From assembly GCF_009914755.1 (NCBI RefSeq), contig NC_060942.1: a DNA stretch of 64,000 bases. The stretch is one strand, 5' to 3'. Of the stretch, positions 1 to 13,272 are shown piece by piece (within the stretch, counting starts at the first letter, position 1; each line of letters opens with the position of its first letter). Origin of the DNA: the human T2T-CHM13v2.0 reference genome, Homo sapiens. Both the position numbers and the translations under genes were made by a program. The notes beneath the pieces are model-generated. The model ran no database searches. It was not told the origin of the DNA and was given only the letters and a program-made list of their open reading frames with translations.

Positions 1-633
1 TTTTCCATAAAATGTAGCACATTGACCAAAAGTAAATTGTTGCCTAGTCATAGCATTTCTAAAAAATCTTTTGAAAAACAAATATTTTGGTACAGAACAA
101 TTTATAGCATAAAAGAAGATTTGGGGTTCTCATTTTTAATCATTGGAATGGGAGATAGCTTTATAAAATATTAAAGAAAAGAAACATCACTTTATCAAAA
201 GATAATTTTCCATGTAGTAACTGTTTTTTATATCACCTCTTCCCATTAGTTTCCTTGAATTTTTCAAGTCCCAGGATAGGATATACTTAATGAGAGCAGA
301 GCAGTGTAAGTTCAAAGCATTCCTAAAACACTAATCACTCCCAACAAACGTGGGTAGAGATTTAAACATAATCCTCTAGGATTTCTGTTCATCTATGATT
401 TAAAAATGGCCAAAGATGTTCCTTTATGTTCATCATATATTAATCTTGAAACATGACAGTAATGTAACTAGGTGGGATATTTAGGAATTGAACTTTTATG
501 GGAAAAAAACACGTGGATCAATCTACTTTTCAAATTAAGCTTAGGATTGTTTTCACATAAAACCTTAAATCTAATTTAACAATAAACCATACTTTTAAAA
601 AACATCTTTCCCAAATAATTATTATTGTTTTTC

Positions 634-787
634 TTTTTCTTTCTTTCTTTTTTTTTTTTTTTGAGACGGAGTCTCACTCTGTCGCCCAGGCTGGAGTGCA
701 GTGGCTCGATCTCGGCTCACTGCAAGCTCCGCCTCCGGGTTCACGCCACTCTCCGGCCTCAGCCTCCCAAGTAGCTGGGACTACAGG
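634..787 (-). mobile_element. 5'-truncated AluY (right arm + polyA)
   Basis: T-tail then gagacggagtctcactctgtcgcccagg...tgcaagctccgcc...ttcacgcca (AluY-type), stopping at ctacagg; exact 14-bp TSD tattattgtttttc at 620-633 and 788-801. Confidence 0.92.
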
Positions 788-979
788 TATTATTGTTTTT
801 CAAAAACTTGATTTTGCCTCAGGGAAAGTAATATTTTTTGTAATTTTTAAGTTAATAACTGAAGTAAATGTGCACTAATATGTGCCAACTAAGATCAGTA
901 AATGTAACCACAATAAAATGTGAAGAGCCTCTTTTGGGGGTTTTCCTTATAATGTGCTCTCCTCAGAGAAAATCTAAAC

Positions 980-1590
980 TGTTCATACTCCCTCCATGCG
1001 TGAGGAAGCATCTGGTGATGGAAGCATCACCAGTACTAGATGCTGTCATCTTGTAAATTTTGGCAAGCTGACTGGTGAAATGTGATATCTCAGTATTTTA
1101 CTTTGCACTTTTTTGGTGATACTGAGACTTTCTACATATGTTTATTGGGGAAATTATTTCTTCTGAATTTGTCTATTTATAACCATGACAACATTTCCTT
1201 TGGGTTTTATTTTCTTCTGGATGTATAGGGGCTACTTGTATTTCAGGATCATAAATCCATTGCTACTATACTATATATGTCTTACATTCTTTCTGTCTTT
1301 AACTTTGCGTATGGTGTTTGTTATTGCTGTCAGTCTGTTTTTAGAGTGCTTAGGTTTTGTTTCATGGTTTTACAGATCTTCATCCCAATTTTTTTCTACT
1401 AGTATTTTCATTTTATTCATTCATTCATTTCTATGCAAGTACGAACACATGTGTGTGCATATGTGTACACACTTATCTTTACAGCTGTCGTTCATACAAA
1501 ATGACTCTTCTGTCTAGGTGGGGTTTTTTGTTTATTCAGTTTACAGCTAATTTCCCAACACTCTTCTCATCATCAACATGGGCAACAATT
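980..1590 (-). mobile_element. Old L1M (L1ME-like) ORF2 3' fragment
   Basis: Degenerate antisense L1 motifs (gtgatatctcagtattttactttgcac, tttctacatatgtttattgg); boundaries approximate. Confidence 0.55.
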
Positions 1591-1640
1591 TTTTAAAAAC
1601 TTTAAAATTTTGAATTAATTATAAATTCACAAGAATTTGC

Positions 1641-2420
1641 TGTGTAACAAAATAGTTGGGTGGCTTCCATGCCCAGTTCCTGGGAGGTAACCTCGAAATT
1701 CTTGGGATTTCCTGAGTGATAGGAGTACCTTGTTATTCTCGGTAGGCCCTGATAGTTCACACCAATGAAGAGATTTTTCATGGACCCCTAAATGGTTTAG
1801 GCTAATGAAGTGTTTTGGGATGGGGGCTGGCCATGCCAGATAGACGAAGCATGTGATTAGAGGACTGGGGCTTTGAGCCACATGCTATCAACCTGGCCTC
1901 TGGGAAGTAGAGATGGGGCTGGAGATTAAGTCACATGGCCAATGACTCCATTAATTACACCTACGTCATGAAGCCCCAGTAAACTCTCTGGACACTAAAA
2001 CTGCAGGGAGCTTTCCTGGTTGGCCATACTCTGCCTATTGCCACACATCAAAAAGGCACATTCTGACTCCACAGGGAAAGGATAACAGAAGTTTCACTTT
2101 GGGGATCATTCCAGACCTCACTCCATGTGTTTCTTCCTTAGGCTGCTTCTAATTTTGTACTCCTTTGCTGTAATAAAACTGTAATTGTAAGAACAGTGCT
2201 TTCCTGAGTTTTGTGAATCATTATAGCAAATTATAGTAGAGGTAGTAGGATGGTGGAAATCCCCATGTTGTAGCCATGGGCACCCTTGAATTTGTGCCCA
2301 GAACTGAAGGTGGCCTGGGCACCCTTGAATTTGCAGCTGGTGACTGAAGTGAGGACAATCTTGTGGAGGACTGGGCCATTATCTGTGAGGATTGGTCTAA
2401 CTGCATGTAGTTGCTGTCAG
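1641..2420 (+). mobile_element. MER21-like solo LTR
   Basis: cttgggatttcctgagtgataggagt...gctaatgaagtg...ctgtaataaaactgtaattgtaag resembles recalled MER21; contains AATAAA; splits an L1M 3' end. Confidence 0.7.
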
Positions 2421-2427
2421 CAGTCAA

Positions 2428-5400
2428 TGCAGTTGCAAAGAAAAATAAATAAATAAACGTACAGGAAGGTTCCGTGCATTCTTCACCTACCTCACCCCAA
2501 TGGCAACTGCATTGCCTAGCTTATTCAGCTTTCATCAGTTTTACAAGCCCATAATTGTATGTGTATATAATTCTATGAGATTTTATTTGTGTAACTTTGC
2601 ATAACCACCACCACACTCAAAGTACTGAACTCTCCCACCACCACAGGCACCCTCATACTATTGCTTTATGGTCCTTCTCTTTCTCCTCTGAATCTTTAAC
2701 TTTAATCTGTTCTTCATCTCTACAAATCTGTTATTTCAAGAATGTTCTGTAATGGCATCATACACTTTGTAAACTTTTGAGATGGACTTTTTTTCACTCA
2801 ATAATTCTTTTGAAAGACATTCAAGTTTTTGCATGCATCACTAGCTCATTCCTTTTTGGTCATTGTTGAATCCACGGAAAGGATAAACCACAGTTGAAAG
2901 TTCAATGGATAAACCCATTGAAGGATATTTGGGGGGTTTCCAGGTTTTTTTACTCATGAACAGAGCTGATATAGACATTTGTGTACATGTTTTACATTAG
3001 CAAAAGTTTTCAGTTTTTCTGTAATAAATGCCCAAGAGTGCAATTACTGGGTTACACTGGAAGCAAATACCTGTTTTAAAGAAAAATCTGACAAATCATT
3101 TTACAGAGTGCAGAACCATTTTATTCCCACCAGCAATGTATGTGTGATCCAATTTCTCTGCATCTTCACCAGCATTTGATGTTGCTATTATATTTTATTT
3201 TAGCCAATCTGATGGGTGTGGTATTATCTCATTGTGATTTTAATTTGGATTTCTCTAATGTTAAACATATTTTTATATGCTTATTTGCCGTTTATTCTCT
3301 GTGGTAAAATGTTCCTTTTTTGGTTCATCTTCTAATTGGATTTCTTTAAATGTTTGGCTTGTATAGTTCTTTTTTTTTTCTTTTTTTTTTTTCTTGAGAC
3401 AGGATCTCACTCTGTTGTCCAACCTGGAATGCGGTGGTGTGATCTTGACTCACTGCATCCTTGATCTTACTATAGCCTCGACCTCCCAGGCACAAGCAAT
3501 CCTCCTGCCTCAGCTGCTGGAGTAACAGGGACTACAGGCCTGTGCCACCATGCCCAGCTAATTTTTGTATTTTTTGTAGAGATAGAGTTTTGCTATGTTG
3601 CCCAGGCTGTTCTCAAACTCCTGAGCTCAAGCAATCCACGCCACCTCAGCCTCCCAAAGTGCTGGGATTACAGGTGTGAGCCACCACACCCAGCCAGATA
3701 GTTCTTAATATACTCTAGGTATTGGTCCTTTTTATAATATATAGTTTGCAAATATTTTCCCCATTCTATAGCTGGGTTTTTTACCCTCTTAAGATCTTTC
3801 ACAGAGCAAAAGATGAAATTTTGATCAGGTTTAATTTATTGATTTTTAATGGATCATAATTTTGGTATCAAGTATAATAACTGCCCACTTAGTATCGACT
3901 CCTGAAGATTTACTCCAATTAATTTTTAAATAAGTTTAATGTTTTGCATTTAAGTTCATGATATATTTTTAATTAATTTTTTTATAAGGTATGAAATTCA
4001 GGTGGGAGCTTTTCTTAATGTTTCAGTACCATTTGTTAAAAGGTTTGGGCATATTTGTGTGGGTCTATTTTTGGGTTCTATATTCTGCTCCATTGTTATA
4101 TGTATTTATCCTTACAGCAACTTACTGTAACTTAACATCAAAAAGAGGAATTGCTTCCATTTTATTCTTTTAAAAAGTTGTCTTAACTTTTTTAGGTCCT
4201 TGGTCTTCCCATATAATTTTTAGAATAAGTTTGTGTAAGTCTACCCAAACAACAACAACAACAAAACACAGGCTGGGATTTTGATAAGAACTACATTAAA
4301 CCAGTAGATAAATTTCAGGAGCATTGATATCTTTACTATGTTGAGTTTTCCAATCAATGTACCTGGTAAATCTCTTCAATTATTTATCACTTTTTTGATC
4401 AGTAAAATTATCATTTTGTAATTTTAAGCATACAAATTTTATGCATGTGTTGAAATACTAATACATATGTATTTCACTTACTTTTGAGTGTTTATAAATG
4501 GTATTATGATTTTAGTTTTGGTTTCCACATGCTCATTTTTTTATATAGAAATGTAATTGATTTTTGTGTGCTGATCTTGTATACAGCAATCTTGTTCCAC
4601 TTGCTTAATTCTAGGATATTTACTTTTTTCTTTGTAGATGCCTGTGATTTTTTTTAATGTTAAAATCATTAAAAAATATGTACTTAGGGAAATATTTACT
4701 GTCTGTATGCCTTTATTTATTTTTATTGTCTTATTGTGCTGAATAGAACTTCCAGGCTATGTTGAATGAAGGTAGTGAGAGTAGACATTCGTGCCTTGTA
4801 TATAGTCTTATAGGGGAAATATTCAGTCTTACATCATTAAATATGGTATTAACTTTTTTCTCTGTAGATTTTTTAAAAAATCAAGATGAGAAAGCTTTTT
4901 CTATTTCTAGTTTGCAGAGAGCTTTTACCGTGAATGTGTTACTTTTTGCCAAATGTATTGTTTGCATCAATTGGTAAGATCATATGATTATTCTTCCTTA
5001 GCCTGTTAATTTGGTGGATTATATTAAATAAATTTTAAATGTTGAGCCAGATTTACATATTTGGAATACATTTTACTTGACTGTAAAATTCTTTTTATAC
5101 ATCACTTGGTTTAATTTTAAATATTTTTAACATTAAAATATTAATACAATATTGTTGAGGAATTTTGCATCTCAGTTCATGAGAGTTACTGGTCATTAGT
5201 TTCTTTGCTTTGTACTGTCTTCTTCTGATTTGGGTATCAGAATAATATTGGCCTCAGAAGATGAGCTGGGAAATGTTAGAAGGAGCTGGGACTGCCTTTT
5301 ACATTTTCTGGAAGAGACGATGTAAAATTGGTATTGATTCTTTAAATGCTTGGTAAAATTCTCCAATATAACCATATTGGCATGGAATTTTCTTTTTTGA

Positions 5401-5570
5401 CGTCTTTTAATTACAAAATACATTTCTTTAATGCTTATGGAACTCTTTAGATTATCTTTTTTCTATCTTCATTTAGTTTTGGTAGTTTGCAGTTTCAAGG
5501 AATTTGTCCATTTCTTTTAAATTGTCTAATTTATGGGAAAAACAATTTTGGTATGTTTAACATTATCTTT
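2428..5570 (-). mobile_element. L1MC/MB-type LINE-1 (3' UTR and ORF2), interrupted by AluJ
   Basis: Antisense L1 3' UTR (gttgcaaag...cttcacctacctcacccc); ORF2 remnant 5196-5423 (-) 'TFPSSSSEANIILIPK' resembles L1 'LPNSFYEASIILIPK'. Confidence 0.8.
3372..3695 (-). mobile_element. AluJ
   Basis: Full Alu dimer with J-type features (gctcaagcaatcc, tttttgtagagatag); TSD atagttctt at 3363-3371 and 3698-3706. Confidence 0.9.
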
Positions 5571-5950
5571 TTATTTGTCCATGTGTATTGTTTTATGTAG
5601 ATGTTTATTTATAGAAATTATGTCGTGCTCTCATTCTCTTTCTTACTATGTTCACTTCACACTATGATTGAAGCATGCCATACTGTATAATACTGCGTAA
5701 TGTCCATAAAGTCCATCCACCATATACTCCTCCAAGGATGCACCTTAAATTGCTTCTAACATCTAACCCCTCCAAATAATGTTAAAACAAACATTTTGTT
5801 TGTATCCCTTTGTGTAGCTGTGATAACTTTTTTAAAGGAATGCTGTTTACATGAACTATATTGTTCAATTTTTTAAAAATCTGATCTTAGAGTCTCTGGT
5901 TGGTGAGTTTAACCTACTTACATATATTCATTACTAATAATTTAGGACTT

Positions 5951-6239
<289 letters not shown>

Positions 6240-6799
6240 TAATAATTTAGGACTTATTTCTATTTTATTAGATCATGTTTTCTATTTATTATCCTTTTTT
6301 TCTCTTTTCCTATTTTGTTTATACAGACTGAGTTTTGATGATTTTTAAAATTATGCATTCTATGCTTTTAATGGTCACAGTTGTTAGCTTAAGAGTCATA
6401 TTTATATTTTTTCACCTATACTAGTTTCCTGAAATTATGAGGATCTATGTGTAATTTCCCTATAAACATGACAGATACATAAGGATGACTCTTCCTTAAA
6501 CTCCCATAATTTTGATATTTAATATTTATTTTAATTCTATATTTTATATAGGCATTTATTTTAAAAACTCATAAATTTACCAAGGATAAACAGGAACTGA
6601 AATTTGTTAATATAATAATAAATAATTCTGATGTGGTTAAATGGAAAATATAATAGAAAATAAATGTCCCCAATTAACATATATTCTTTCAGTAATCCCC
6701 AGTATTTTAATAAACCTTATATGGTAATTCTGTGTTATTGAGTTACAAGAAAAGTAAAGTTCTTGATTGGTCATTAGAAAAGGAGAAGTGATAATCTCA

Positions 6800-7025
6800 T
6801 CGTCCAGATCTCAGATTAAATGCCACCTACTCAGAGAATTTCCCTGATGATCCACCCAACTCTGTCACTTTATGTCACATCACTGTATTTTAATTATTTT
6901 CATAGCACTTGTCACTATTTAAATTTTTCCTGTTCACTTATGTGTCTTTGTATGGCCTGTCACCCAGCATAGATTGAGAGTATGATCTCCATGAAATCAG
7001 GAAGAAGACAATACTTGGTGCTCAA
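6800..7025 (+). mobile_element. L2 3' fragment
   Basis: tctcagattaaatgccacctactcagagaatttccctgat...catagcacttgtcact resembles the L2 3' region. Confidence 0.6.
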
Positions 7026-7254
7026 GATATGTTGATGGATTTTATATATATCTTTAGCTTACTTTCAATAGTCTTGGTTGGATTAACAAAATTATACCAC
7101 CAGCATGAACAAACATTTATTATATTACTATTATTTTCATGAAAATTGTTTTTTAAAGAGTTTTTTTTTTCTTTCTTTCTACGTTGTATTCTTTCTAGGA
7201 ACAGAAACAGGTAAAGCATCAGAATCTTTGGTAGGATTGAGTATACACTTTTTA

Positions 7255-7372
7255 TTCATTTATTTTTTACAGATGGGGTCTCTCTATGTTGCCTAAGAGA
7301 TATTCCTTGGCTCAAGAGTTATTTTCATCTCAGCCTTCTGAGTAGTTGGGATGACAGGCATGCATCTGGCTT
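7255..7372 (-). mobile_element. FLAM/Alu monomer fragment
   Basis: agatggggtctctctatgttgcc...ctcagccttctgagtagttgggatgacaggcatg. Confidence 0.7.
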
Positions 7373-7959
7373 GCATAATCTTTAAATATGAGGTTATTCA
7401 TATGAATCCACCATAATTTTCCAGGAAGCTCTATCCTTCAGGACCAGATGTGTAGTTCAAGAAAGCTAAAGATGTAAGTGATTTTAAGTGTTGTGGCCAT
7501 CTTCATGTGGAAGTGTCATTGTCCAGTGTGTCTACTCTGAAACGCACCAATCTGAATACTGCGTTGTGCTTAGGGAAATAACGTTACTTTTAATTGTATT
7601 GCATCATCACTACAAGGGGAAAGCAATTATTTCTACTTATCCTTTCCCCTAGAAATAGCTTAGTAAGAGAATTATTTACTCTCTTTCTATAACTAGACAC
7701 ATTTTTACTTACTCCCAGAAAGTAAAAATCAGATGGTGAGAAGAAAAGAGTTGTGATTTTGTACACTCTGAGAAGTTTTTTTTTACTTTATTATGTATTT
7801 ATTTTTTACTTATTAGATTTTTCTAGGGCTGAACCCAAGAAATGCAGTCATAGAGAAATCTTGGTAAAATTTACTTCTCATCATAAATATCCTAAACTAA
7901 CTTAAAGGTAAATAATGACTCATGGGATAGTATTTCATGTATGTACACAATAATATAAT

Positions 7960-8465
7960 AAATAAAGATTTATGAACTTAATCAATAAATTAAAGGAAAA
8001 TAGGAAATGTGCCCATGGGACAATTAGTAGGCCATAAAGACAAATCCGAAAGAAGAAAATAAATGGCCTATGGACATAAGTAAAAAGTTATTGTCACTAA
8101 TTACACAATATATGTAAATTCAAAGAGTAATGAATTTCCATTTCCACTTAGTAGATTGGCAAATATTTGTAGGTTATAATACTTACGTTTAATGGATTGG
8201 GAAAAATGATATTCTCTACAATGTATTGCAGAAGTACCTTGTTTCAGCCTTCCCGGAAGGGAGTTTAGCAATAAGATAACATATTTTAGGAAAACATACA
8301 TGCATGCGCAAGCACACACACCTAGAAAAGAATCTTGAAATATTTTGCCAAATGCTAATAGTAGTTATTTCTATATGGAAACATTATGGCTTATTTTAAC
8401 TATTATTTCTTTTTTCTTCCTACAATGACCATATTGCATATATAATGACAAATTAAAAGTTAAAA
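7960..8465 (+). mobile_element. Old L1ME 3' fragments
   Basis: Degenerate L1 ORF2 end and 3' UTR motifs (aaatggcctatggacataag, gtagattggcaaatatt). Confidence 0.45.
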
Positions 8466-8774
8466 AATGACTTTGAATCACAAATTCTTTACTTTTTAAA
8501 GATACTCCATGGCTAGAATTTGTTGTTGCATTCCTGCTATCCCATGTCCCACTTTTAAAACAAAAAATAAAAAGAGGAAAAGGAAATGAAGTACCATTGG
8601 AAGGTAAACCAAGCAGTGTTGTGCAAGAGAGATAATAATGGCTACTAATTGTTGATTGTCGGCTATGTATGCTTAGATAACAATTGCTGAAGGGCAAGTC
8701 CTAAGATTACCACAAACTGTAGGATTTCTATGTGAAAGTAGAAAGTAGTATATTGATTGATTTAATATCTCTCC

Positions 8775-9510
8775 ATAATGACTGCCCTATATGCATGTCC
8801 TTTGCCCTCTGATTTGTAACTCTATTTTTATTCTGGACTCAGCAAGTGACTTGTTTTGGTCAATGGAAGATGTCTTTGTCAGCAATAGTTGCCATAACAA
8901 AATACCATAGACTGGGGGCTTAAATAACAGGCATTTATTTCTCATAGTTCTAGAGGCTGGGAAATCTGAGATCAAGGTGCTGGCAACTTTGGCTCTTGGT
9001 GAGGACTCTCCTCCTGGCTTGTAAACAGCCACCTTCTTACATGGCAAAGAGAGAGAAAACTCTGATTATCTCTTCTCTCCTTATAAGATATAAATGGGGT
9101 GGGAAGCAACACACGTATTCAGTCCATAACAGAGAGGTTGCAAAAAGGTGAGGCTTGGAAAGCACATGCATATTTCTACTCACTTTCTTGTACAACTGAT
9201 CTTTCTCACACACATCTGTCAAAGAATCAGGAAATTCTGGGCTAGGCTGCTGGAGGATTGTGAGATACATGTAAAAAAGATTGAGCCACAGGACTTCCAG
9301 GCCTGGCCATCCCAGGTCAGCTAGACTCCAGCCAAAGCCTTGCTGACAACAGTGCATTAGAGTCCAGGTAAGATCAACTGAGCCACATTCAGACAGCAGA
9401 ACCACCTAGCTACCCTGTAGTCTCATAAGAAATAATACATGGCCATTGGGTTTTAAGTCACTAACTTGTGGGGTAGTGTGTTACACAGCATTAGCCAACC
9501 AATAACACAT
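8775..9510 (+). mobile_element. MLT1 (G/H-like) LTR split by an antisense MLT1A/MST-like LTR at ~8871-9131
   Basis: Outer element ends gtttt aagtcactaacttgtggggtagtgtgttacacagcattagccaaccaataaca; inner tgtctttgtc...gccataacaaaataccatagactggg...cagtccataaca. Confidence 0.65.
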
Positions 9511-9863
9511 CTTCTCGCTAAGAGGCAGACAGGAACCTCTTATGTCTTGAAGGTATAAGCTAGAAATGTCAAGCTTGTGAGTTGACCAGATTCTGGTGAT
9601 AGCCTCAACAATTTTGCTCCACCTACATAATTACTTGGCATGCTAAGATGACAGATTTAAAGATCTCCCAGGCCAGAAGTTCTAATCCTAATAGCAAGTA
9701 AGCATTGATAAGATTCATCCCTCAGATATTATGGTGTTATTATACACTTGAGGGGCAACCTAAGGTAAACATAACTATCCTGATTTGCAAAAAAAGAAAG
9801 TGAATCTCAGAGGGATTCTTGTCTTTTCCTACATAACAAAGGAAGTACATGACACAGCCAATC

Positions 9864-11499
9864 TTTTTTTTTTTTTCTTTTACTTTAAGCTCCAGAATAC
9901 ATGTGCAGAATGTGCAGGTTTGTTACATAGGTATGCATGTGCCATGCTGGTTTGCTGCACCTATCAACACATCATCTAGGTTTTAAGCCCTGCATGCATT
10001 AGGTATTTGTCCTAATGCTCTCCCTCCCCTTGCCCCCAACCCTGACAGGCCCCAATGTGTGTTGTTCCCTTCCCTGTGTCTATGTGTTCTCATTGTTCAA
10101 GTCCCACTTATGCGTGACAATATGTGGTGCTTGGTTTTCTGTTCCTGTGTTAGTTTGCTGAGGATGATGGCTTCCAGCTTCATCCATGTCCCTGCAAAGA
10201 ACATGAACTCATTCTGTATTATGCCTGCATAGTATACCATGGTATATATGTGCCACATTTTCTTTATCCAGTCTGTCATTGATGGGCATTTGGGTTGGTT
10301 CCAAGTCTTTGCTATCGTAAATAGTGCTGCAATAAACATATGTGTGCATGAGTTTTTATAGTAGAATGATTTATAATCCTTTGAGTATATACCCAGCAAT
10401 GGGATTGCTGGGTCAAATTGTATTTCTGGTTCTAGATCACTGAGGAATCACCATACAGTCTTCCACAATGGTTGAACTAATTTACAGTTCCACCAACAGT
10501 GTAAAAGTGTTCCTATTTCTCCACAGCCTTGCCACCATCTGTTATTTCCTGACATTTTAATAATTGCCATTCTGACTGGCATGCGATGATATCTCATTGT
10601 GGTTTTGATTTGCATTTCTCTAATGATCAGTGATGATGAGCTTTTTTTCATATGTTTGTTGGTCACATAAATGTCTTCTGTTGAGAAGTGTCTGTTCATA
10701 TCCTTTGCTCACTTTTTGATGGGGTCGTTTGTTTTTCCTTGTAAATTTGTTTAAGTTTCCTGTAGACTCTGGGTATTAGACCTTTGTCAGATGGGTAATG
10801 TCAATATTAGACAGATCAATGAGACAGAAAATTAACAAGGATATTCAGGACTTGAACTCAGCTCTGGATCAAGTGGACCTAATAGACATCTACGGAACTC
10901 TCCACCCCAAATCAACAGAATATATATTCTTCTCAGTGCCACTTGGTACTTATTCTAAAATTGACCACATAGTTGGAAGTAAAATACTCCTTAGCAAATG
11001 CAAAAGAATGGAAATCATAACAAACAGTGTCTCATACCACAGTGCAATCAAATTAGAACTCAAGATTAAGAAACTCACTCAAAACCACGTGACCACATGG
11101 AAATTGAACAACCTACTCCTGAGTGACTCCTGGGAAATAATGAAATTAAAGCAGAAATCAAGAAGGTCTTTGAAACCAATGAGAACAAAGACAACACACC
11201 AGAATCTCTGGGACACACAGCTAAAGCAGTGTTAAGAGGGAAATTTATAGCACTAAATGCCCAAATCAGAAAGCTGGAAACATCTCAGAATGACACCCTA
11301 ATATCACAATTAAAAGAGCTAGAGAAGCAAGAGCAAACAAATTCAAAAGCTAGCAGAATACAGGAAATAACTAAGATCAGAGCAGAACTGAAGGATATAG
11401 AGATATGAAAAACCCTTCAAAAAATCAATGAATCTAGGAGCTGGTTTTTGAAAAAATTAACAAAATAGATACATTGCTAGCTAGACTAATAAAGAAGAC
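9864..11499 (-). mobile_element. L1PA (PA7/8-like) with 5' inversion: 3' end antisense 9864-10796, inverted EN-domain segment on + 10797-11499
   Basis: ORFs 10097-10399 (-) and 10448-10699 (-) match the ORF2 C-terminus; 10798-11235 (+) 'SILDRS...YSKIDH...SAIKLEL' matches the ORF2 endonuclease; imperfect TSD ccaat(c)ttttt. Confidence 0.9.
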
Positions 11500-11889
11500 C
11501 CAATTTTTTCATGATAGTTCTCTTGGCTGAGAAATAGCCCCTAGCTGGTAGGCCTCACCAACCGATGCAATGACAACAAATGGTGAGCTGAATCCCAGGA
11601 GAGGAAAGTGCATGGCTTCCCGTGAACTGTCATTGAGTGAGAAGACTAGAGAAGCCTGAGTGCTGATTATTGGCATAGATATCTCTAATTCATTGCAAAT
11701 TTTTATGTCCATGTTTGCTACCAGAAGGGCGGACCTAAAATTCTCTTCCCATAATGTTCTGACCAGAAGCCCTATCCTCAGGGCCCACTGTATGCAACCT
11801 CACCTTAAAGAAGTTGCTCTGCAATGAATCTCAGCCCTATCATGCTGGGCTCTTTAATTCAGGCAAAAAACTGTGGTTGCTTAAAATAT

Positions 11890-12390
11890 TTTTCAAAAAC
11901 ATTTTAATCTGTATACACTGAAGGGGTAAAAGAGCATTTTTGTTACATGGATGCATTGCATAGCAGTGAAGTCTGAGTTTTTAGTGTTACCCTCACCCAA
12001 ATAAGGTACATTGCACCCATTAAGTAATTTCTCATCCCCCCACTCACTTTCTACCTTTCCACCCTGCCATCTCCAGGGTGTATTATTCCACACTCTATGT
12101 CCATGTGTACACGTTATTGAGCTTCCACTTGTAAGTGAAAACATACAGTGTTTGACTTTCTGTTTCTGAGTTGTTTAACTTAATAAATGGCTTCTGGTTC
12201 TGTCAATGTTGCTTCAAAAGACATGATTTCATTCTTTTTCATGGCTCAGTAGTATTATAATGTGTGCAATTTCTTTTTCAAATCACATTTCTTTATCAAA
12301 TCATCCATTGATGGACACTTAGGTTGATTCCATGTTTGTTACTGTGAATTGTGCTGCAATAAACATACATGTATGATTATTTTTTTGATG
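11890..12390 (-). mobile_element. L1PB/L1MA 3' end, 5'-truncated
   Basis: gttacatggatgcattgcatagcagtgaagtctg...cacccattaagtaatttctcatc; same type as the 19.9-kb element. Confidence 0.8.
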
Positions 12391-12681
12391 TTATTTATTT
12401 ATTATCTGTGTCAATATTAAGGAAAAGATTGTCTTTTTATTTGTTTCTTGAATATCTTGTAAACAGACTATATTGAATAAATATTTGCCAAATGAGTAAA
12501 GGTAGATTTAATCTATAAAATTAACAGGTTTGAATATATGATTTTAAAGTCCTTGCTATTTTAAGATTCTATAACTTTTACTATTTTGATATACCAATGA
12601 GTTTTTCATTGTTTAATTTCAGGAAATAAGGGACTCATTGCATTATTTTACCCATCACAATACTTACCCACAATTTTAATC

Positions 12682-12735
12682 CACCTCATCAATGCATCTT
12701 TTCAAACACCTCATCAATGCATCGTTTCAGGCACC
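12682..12735. repeat. 25-bp tandem duplication (~2.2 copies)
   Basis: cacctcatcaatgcatcttttcaaa / cacctcatcaatgcatcgtttcagg / cacc. Confidence 0.85.
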
Positions 12736-13272
12736 AGAAAGTAGAATAAAGTGTATCTCTCCTCACTTTGGATACCCTACTCTGATGTAAACAAGTGGCT
12801 CCTTAGATTGTTTTTAGAAAAACAGACAAGGTCTGGCCTCAGAGACGATTATTGTGACTTCCTGTCCAGGTAGTTTCTCTGGTGCCAACAGAACAAGAGA
12901 GAGATCTCTAAAAAAATTGAGAAAATAAAATTTTATCTAAAATATAGTTATATATACCATAAGGTCAGGGCATGCTGTCCTATAAAGGGTTCTAGCCTCT
13001 CAGAGTCAACCTAACAGCTTTATTCATAAACATCCCCTAAAATGCCAACAAAACAAGCCAAGCCGCGTACTCTCACACTAACCCTAACACTGACTATATA
13101 CCAAAATATCTGCTTACAAAGCATATTCTTTCTATTCATCCTCCACACTCTATAATATTTTGAGAAGCCTAAAAATATCAATGATCTAAAACAATCAATA
13201 GTCTTGTCATTAATAGCACAGAAACCCTTGTCCATAATTCGGGTGCCTTTTCCATAATTTCGGTGCCTAATT

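Noticed and set aside
2277-2334. 18-bp direct repeat tgggcacccttgaatttg
   Set aside because: Lies inside the MER21-like LTR and is probably intrinsic to it
10798-11235. 145-aa endonuclease-like ORF
   Set aside because: Truncated, frameshifted L1 ORF2 EN fragment lacking the N-terminal ~150 residues
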